Assembly: GCF_009914755.1 (NCBI RefSeq)
Contig: NC_060936.1
Source: the human T2T-CHM13v2.0 reference genome, Homo sapiens
Length of the DNA stretch: 64,000 nt
Reading direction: 5' to 3' (one strand)
Shown here: positions 55,265-64,000 of the stretch, piece by piece
Layout: the number at the start of each line of letters is the position of its first letter
Numbering within the stretch: position 1 is the stretch's first letter
Program-made: the position numbers and the translations under genes
The notes under the pieces: generated by a model
What the model saw: the letters and a program-made list of their open reading frames with translations, nothing else
Told to the model about the DNA's origin: nothing
The model's database searches: none

Positions 55265-55648
55265 CATCTGCTTAGTCGGCTATAACAAAATACTGTAGGC
55301 TGAATGGATTAGACAACAGACATTGATTTCTCACAGTTGTGGAGGCTGGAAAGTCCAAGATCAATGCACCAGTGTATTCTGTTCCGATGAGGGCCCTCTT
55401 TCTGCCTTACAGACAGTTGACTTCTTCCTGTATCCTCACATGGTAGAGAGAGAAGGTAGGGGCCTCTGGCCTTCTCTCCCTCTTCTTATAAGGACAATGA
55501 TTAAATCACGGGGTCCTTGCTCTCCTGACATCATCTAAACCTAAATACATTCTATAAGCCCCACCTCCAAATACCATCACACTGGGAATTAGGGTTTCCA
55601 CATATAAACTTGGGGTTTAAAGGATGTAACATTAAGTCTATAGTAACA
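55265..55648 (-). mobile_element. MLT1A-type MaLR solo LTR
   Basis: gctataacaaaatac...tttctcacagttgtggaggctggaaagtccaagatcaa...ccacctccaaataccatcacactggg. Confidence 0.85.
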
Positions 55649-57491
55649 ATATTGGAGGAAGGCAGGGAAAAATAAGCTGACAAATACTTAGTATTTATAT
55701 ATTGGTTGTGTCTGCTATAATAGAATAAAGTAGGCTAAGGGTAGAGTGACTAGAAAGGGGGATTCTATTTATGATAGAAGTCAGGGAAGACTTGTCAATA
55801 CATTGTCATTTGTCTTCCTAAGTGATTTATTCTAGTTAATTACTATGTTTATAGATGTATAATATATGCTATATGGTATATATATCTTTTTCCTGAACTA
55901 CAGCAGCTAACCCTGTGTCCATTCCTATCTCACTGGCATCCATTACTCTCAAAAGACGAATCTCAAAAAATAGAAAAAAGTTTGTCATTGTCGTTTTCTG
56001 ACCACACCTGTTTTTTTGTCCACTCTCTTCTGTTTTCAGGACTCTATGTTGAAGTTTTTTTTTTCTTTAAATTTCAAGGACATTACATTTAATGTTTAGT
56101 ATTCCTAAAATAAATTTTTTTTTAAATCTTTAAATTTCTACCTTCCTACAATGTAGGACTCTGTTCAAATGTCAATTCCCTGATCATCCTAGTTAAAGAA
56201 ATCTCCATTTACACCACAGTTATTTCTCCACACCATAATCCTATTTTCCTTTTATTATAGAATTTATATTTATTTGAAATTAGACTATACATTTTCTTAC
56301 TTTTTTTTGGCCTGTTTCCTTCAAAATAACATACATTCCACAGGGACACAAATTTTATCAGTATTCTCTCCTTTTTCTGATATGTTCTAGAGTTGAGAAG
56401 ATATCTAGACCCTTATAGGTACTTAGTAAACATACACTTAGCAAATAAATAAATGACTGAGTCAACTGAATGATTTGGAAATGTAAGCCCTAATCTCATA
56501 TTCCAGTTTAACCATGTACTTCACTGTACACTGGTGGGCTAGAAATGAAGACTACTGACCCTATCGTGTGACTGCGAGAATAACAAAACAAGCAAAAGAA
56601 GCCCTAAAAATCCAATTTAAAAGCTTCAGTCTTCTTTGGAAATTTCTCATTCACTGAAAATCTACTATGGTCATTTCAAAAACAGGATACAAGCTTATAA
56701 TGCACAATTTTACAACCATTGAATGAGACAATTGATTTCAGGATTTATTTACAATATTTTATCAGCCAGTGATAGATACCATACGTCCTTACAATGTGTA
56801 TAAGAGAAATGTGTGACCTTGTCAGCTCTAAAGTGATTTTTGAGGGTAGCCATTTTTCTTCCATGTGTTCTTCAATGAAAACCAAAGACTTTAATTTATT
56901 AAGCCTTCAGTGTTTCCTCCTAGTTCCAGAACAATCTTCTTGTACCATGATTACTCTGTGTTTCCACTGATTCTTTAGGTGATTTTCTTTGTTGATGTTA
57001 GAATAGAAGTTTTAGGCAAAATTATCTCCCAAATCATTTCCATCTGCAACACAGTTTAAAAATATACTTTTTGATCCACCAAAAGATGTTTAATACGTAC
57101 CTACTATGTACTCAGCAAATGGAAATCGCCAAAACAAGAATTCAAAGATGCCTTTTTTCTTTGTATTTACTACAAGCCTAATTTAGTCCCTTCAGTTTTC
57201 TTTTTTCTTTCATTTTCTTCTTTTTCTCTTCTTTTGTTTTAAATTGAGAACACTTACATTTATTTTTTAAATTAATATCCTATCAGTAAATGCTGTTCAA
57301 AGTCAACATTGAGAAAATTATCTTTATTATTTATTATCTTACAATAGTACTAACTTTTCATGGTTAAAAATATTGTTTTTTTCAGTTTGAGACCTTTCTC
57401 TTCCTTTTTATATTTTTCTATCAAATAATCTGTAATTGATTAAGTTTGCAGTATATATTTTACCATAACCAATCCACTCAACATTATAGAC

Positions 57492-58127
57492 TGTATTAGT
57501 TCATGCTATAAATAACTGAGTAATTTAAAGAAAAGACGGTTTAAATGACTCACAATTTCGCATTGCTCAGGAGGCCTCAGAAAACTTACAATCATGGCAG
57601 AAGGTGAAGCAAACACATCCTTCTTCACATGGCAGCTGGAGAGAGAAGTGCAGAGTGAAGGGGGAAAAATCCCTTATAAACCCATCAGAGCTCATGAGAT
57701 CTCGTTATAAAAATAGTAATAATCAATACAATATATTTTATGTAAAATGGGCTAATACAATTTCCGGTTTCCAGACTACCCATTGTCCATTTTTGTTGTT
57801 TTTCCTCTTCATTCCCTCAACTTTGTACACTGGTGGTTTTAGATACTGCTGCAGAATCACTGACCAGGTTGACTGATCCCAACTTTTGTTGTTGTTTCTT
57901 TGTTTTAGATTTGCAGATACAAATGCAGGGTTGTTACATAGATACATTGCATGAAGCTGAGGTTTGGGCTTTTATTGATCTCACTCACTATTAGGAGAAC
58001 AGCATGGGGGAAACACCCCCATGATCTAATCACTTCCCACAAGATTCCACCCTCAACATGTGGGGATTACAATTCGGATTACAATTCAGGATGAGATTTA
58101 GGATGGGGATACAGCTGAAGCATATAA
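57492..58127 (-). mobile_element. THE1C/D-type MaLR solo LTR interrupted by a ~275-bp non-LTR insert
   Basis: tgtattagt...ggaggcctcagaaaacttacaatcatggcagaagg...[insert]...actcactattaggagaacagcatggggg...gatgagattt; flanks tagac/tagaa. Confidence 0.88.
57704..57980 (+). repeat. diverged direct copy of ~58612-58864
   Basis: Collinear shared blocks, e.g. attccctcaactttgtacactggtg, cagaatcactgac, aggttgactgatcccaa, gtttgggcttttattgatc. Confidence 0.93.
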
Positions 58128-58779
58128 TAGAACTTGCAGATCGATATATCCAGTATAATGTGATATTTTGGAAAAAAAAATCTGATTATCCCAAGTGCCT
58201 TAAAGACAAATACATCCTTTCAACTAATGAGGACAAAAATCTTGGAGTAGTCTTTTTCCGTTTTTTATTCCATACCTTAGCTCAAATCTATCTTCCAATG
58301 CTGTTAATTTTATCTTCAAAAAGTGTTCAGAATCCAACCACTTCTCACAGCCATTCCACAGCTAACTAACATTCTCAACTGATTTGCCATCATCTTTTGT
58401 CTGGTATACTCAAAAGAACCCAACTTTTTTCAGTCTATGCTTTTCACAGAAACACTGAAGTAATACTTTAAAAAACAGGGGGCACTCCTCTGCACAAAAT
58501 CTTTCCATAACTTTCTATCCTTCTTAGGGTTAAATTCAACCTAAAACTTCCTTCTTAAACATTTTCCATCTTCAACTATGTATCCAATTGAATACAAACA
58601 AATAATAATTATACTATAAATAGTAATAATCAATAAAATATTTTTCTTTAAAATAGGCTAATACAGCTTCTGGTTTCCAGGCTATTGTAATTTTTGCTGT
58701 CTATTCCCTCAACTTTGTACACTGGTGATTTTAGATACTGCCTCAGAATCACTGACTAGGTTGACTGATCCCAAGTTTT

Positions 58780-61157
<2,378 letters not shown>

Positions 61158-61596
61158 TCGGGAGAGAGGCCATTTCTCTTATTGTCTCCTGTCTCTGAAG
61201 AGAAGGAGGAAGTAAAAGCTGAAAAACAACAGGAATGAAGTCAGTGGCAAGACCAACCAGCACCACTGACCAGGCCTGAGGTTAAAGATTAACCCCCAAC
61301 TCTAACCACATGTGTTATCTATAGATCACAGACAATGGTATGGAGAAATACTTGCCCTGCTCACCACCACTGCTAACGTATGTGGACATAGTCATGTACC
61401 CCATGCTTGCTCAATCAATCACAACCCTTTCACATGGACCCCCTTAGAGTTGTAAGCGCTTGAAAGGGCCAGGAACTTTTTCTTCGGAGAGCTCGGTTCT
61501 TGAGACACAAGTCTGCCAATGCTCCCGGCCAGATAAAGCCTCTTCCTTCTTTAACCCTGTATCTGAGGGGTTTTGTCTGCAGCCCGTCCTGCTACA
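61158..61596 (+). mobile_element. 5' LTR of a HERV-E-type provirus (LTR2 family, probably LTR2C)
   Basis: Ends ggttttgtctgcagcccgtcctgctaca like LTR2-family U5 and is directly followed by a PBS and gag. Confidence 0.85.
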
Positions 61597-61601
61597 TTTC
61601 T

Positions 61602-61619
61602 TGGTTCCCTGACTGGAAA
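61602..61619 (+). promoter_or_regulatory. retroviral primer-binding site, tRNA-Glu
   Basis: tggttccctgactggaaa matches the tRNA-Glu 3'-end complement TGGTTCCCTGACCGGGAA at 16/18, 5 nt after the LTR. Confidence 0.9.
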
Positions 61620-62099
61620 GCGAAGTGATTGACTGACAATCGAGGCAGCCCCTTAGGTGGCTTAGGCCTGCCCTGTGGAGCATCCCTGCAGGGGACTCCA
61701 GCCAACTTGAGCGACGTGGATCCTGAGAGGGCTCCCAGGTAGGCATTTGCCCTGGTGGAAAGCCTTGTTAGAAGGGTGCATGGCGGACACCCATGGAGGA
61801 TCAGCACAGCGGGTGAACACCAGGAAGGAACCAGAGCTTGGAGTCCGGACATCTGGAACACAGTAGGACCAGTCCTGGGAACTTGCCCACTCCGTTTGAG
61901 TGGAAGTGTGGCCTCATCACACACGGTGTGCCCGTATCAGCACTTTGGTCTCAGTTTTGATTTTGATTTGGCTTGACTTGTTTGCAGAAAGGAAAGTGAA
62001 AGTGAGTGAGTGCTTGTGTTTGAGATGGGCGAGGTGAGTGAGTGACCCCTTTACCCTTTCCTTCTTGCAGTGTGAGTGTCATTTTGTCTCAGGAGGAAG

Positions 62100-63422
62100 A
62101 TGGGTGGGACGCAAAGTAAGCCCACTCCATTAGGAACTATGTTAAAGAATTTCAAGGAAGGATTTCATGGAGACTATGGAGTTACTATGACTCCAGGAAA
62201 ACTTAGAACTTTGTATGAAATAGACTGGCTGGCATTCGAGGTGGGGTGGCCATCAGAGGGAAACTAGACAGGTCCCTTGTTTCCAAAGTATGGCACAAGG
62301 TATCAGACAAGCTGGGGCACCCAGACAAGTTTCCATACATAGACACCTGGTTACAGCTGGTATTAGACCCACCACAGTGGTTAAGAGGACAGGCAGCAGC
62401 AGTACTAGTGGCAAAAGGACAGACAGCCAGGGAAGGATCCCGCTCCACCCACCAAGGGAAATCATCTCCTAAAGTTCTCTCCGACCCAGCATCAGAGGAC
62501 TCATTGCAAGAAATGGCACTGGTGGTGCCCCTCCCCACCCACTGGGAAGAGAGACTCCCTGCTCCTGAGCCCACGGCGCCCGCGCTTCCACGATGCCCAC
62601 ACACCCCTAGGCCACCCAGAGTAGGAAAGAGAGGATGGGAGGCCTTGGGAGAGATTCCTCTCTTGGCAGCTTATTTGCGACCTAAGACCAGGATACAAAC
62701 GCCCCTGAGAGAGCAGCAGTATACTGGGATAGATGAGGATGGGCATATGGTGGGAAGGTGTGTTTCTGTGTACTGGCCCTTCACCTCTGCCGATCTCCTC
62801 AACTGGAAAAGCAATACCCCATCCTATACCTAAAAGCCACAAGTTCTAATTGATTTACTCCAAACTGTTATCCAGACCCACAACCCTACCTGGGCTGATT
62901 GTCACCAGTTGCTCATGTACCTCTTTAACACAGATGAAAGGAGGAGAGTGCTCCAAGCAGCAACTAAGTGGCTGGAAGAATGTGTTCTGGCTGATTACCA
63001 AAACCCCCAAGAGTATGCGAGGGCCCAACTACCAGGAAGAGACCCCCAGTGGGATCCGAATGTGAGACAGGACATGCAAAGACTAAGTCGATACAGAGAA
63101 GCCCTTTTAGAGGGGCTAAATAAGGGAGCTCAGAAGGCCACAAACATTATCAAGGTCTCTGAGGTCATTCAGGGAAAAGAAGAAAGTCCAGCATGATTCT
63201 ACGAGAGACTGTGTGAGGCCTATCATCTGTATACTCCCTTTGATCCTGATAGCCCCAAAAATCAGCACATGATTAACATGGCTTGAGTTATTCAAAGCAC
63301 CAAAGACATTAGAAGAAAACTGCAGAAACAGTCTGGGTTTGCAGGCATGAATACTTCACAGTTATTAGAGATAGCCAACCAGGTGTTTGTGAACAGAGAC
63401 GCAGAAAGCCGTAGAGAGAACC

Positions 63423-63455
<33 letters not shown>

Positions 63456-63718
63456 AGCGCCAAGCCCAGTGAAATGCCAACTTGCTAGCCACAGCTATTA
63501 GAGGGGTCCCCCTGAAGGGGCAAAATAAGGGGGGCCCCGGGGAAGATATGCAGTCTGACTGTCCATGTTTGCAGTGTAACCAGTGTGCTTATTGTAAAGA
63601 AATGGGACACTGGAAGAATAAGTGCCCTCACCAAAAAGGAAAACAAGGCTCAGAGCAAGAGGCCTCAGACAAGGATGAAGGGGCCCTGCTCAATCTGGCA
63701 GAAGGGTTACTGGACTGA
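62100..63718 (+). pseudogene. gag: HERV-E-type gag, disrupted
   Basis: MGGTQSKPTPLGTMLKNFKEGF start, MHR VIQGKEESPA*FYERLCEAY, zinc knuckle CAYCKEMGHWKNKC; one frameshift near 62260 and four internal stops (62831, 63194, 63284, 63470). Confidence 0.92.
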
Positions 63719-64000
63719 GGGGGACTGGGCTCAAGTGTCCCCAGGGAGCCCATGGTCAGAATGACAGTTGGGGGCAAAGACATTGATTTCCTAGTCAATA
63801 CTGGTGCTGAACATTTAGTGGTGACCACCCCAGTCACCCCCTTATCCAAAAAGACTATTGATATAATTAGAGCTATGGGGGTTTCAGCAAAGCAATCCTT
63901 CTGTTTGCCCTGGGCCTGTACTGTAGGGGGATACGAAGTGATTCACCAGTTCCTATACATGCCTGACTGCCCCTTGCTTTTTCTAGGAAGGGAGTTACTT
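63719..64000 (+). pseudogene. pro: retroviral protease (start of pro-pol), in frame after the gag stop; continues beyond the window
   Basis: GGLGSSVPREPMVRMTVGGKDIDFLVNTGAEHLVV...MPDCPLLFLGRELL; the catalytic DTG reads NTG. Confidence 0.9.

Noticed and set aside
56791-57043. Minus-strand exon-like segment after tgtgttgcag|
   Set aside because: Stops even in the most open frame, a weak donor, and no recognisable protein; indistinguishable from chance.
62100-64000. APOBEC3 hypermutation of the provirus (e.g. protease DTG to NTG)
   Set aside because: The G-to-A-type changes I could infer follow a C (CpG decay) and Trp codons are mostly intact; no clear GG/GA bias is visible without an alignment.

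Overview
AT-rich, repeat-dense primate genomic DNA, very probably human because it carries a near-consensus AluYb8. It looks intergenic or deep-intronic. I recognise no intact cellular protein-coding gene: the supplied ORFs are Alu, L1 or microsatellite read-throughs, or pieces of a decayed retroviral gag. Content: about 16 Alus (including a young Yb8 and a partial-Ya5 element), L1s of many ages (one with a twin-priming inversion), L2, L3 and MIR relics, MaLR/ERVL LTRs, a probable LTR22 (HML-5) solo LTR, two Tigger3 pieces, a MADE1 MITE, and the 5' LTR-PBS(Glu)-gag-pro start of a HERV-E-type provirus running off the right end. I cannot support a new biological system. The best second-look items are: (1) two old local templated insertions that copy a nearby element junction into another element; (2) a tailless 5'-half tRNA-Lys retrocopy; (3) a retained gammaretroviral readthrough pseudoknot behind a UGA gag stop; (4) a speculative minus-strand promoter and first exon at ~24.2-24.5 kb with candidate downstream exons. 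Repeat subfamily names come from recalled consensus motifs, not a database search, and boundaries of old elements are approximate.
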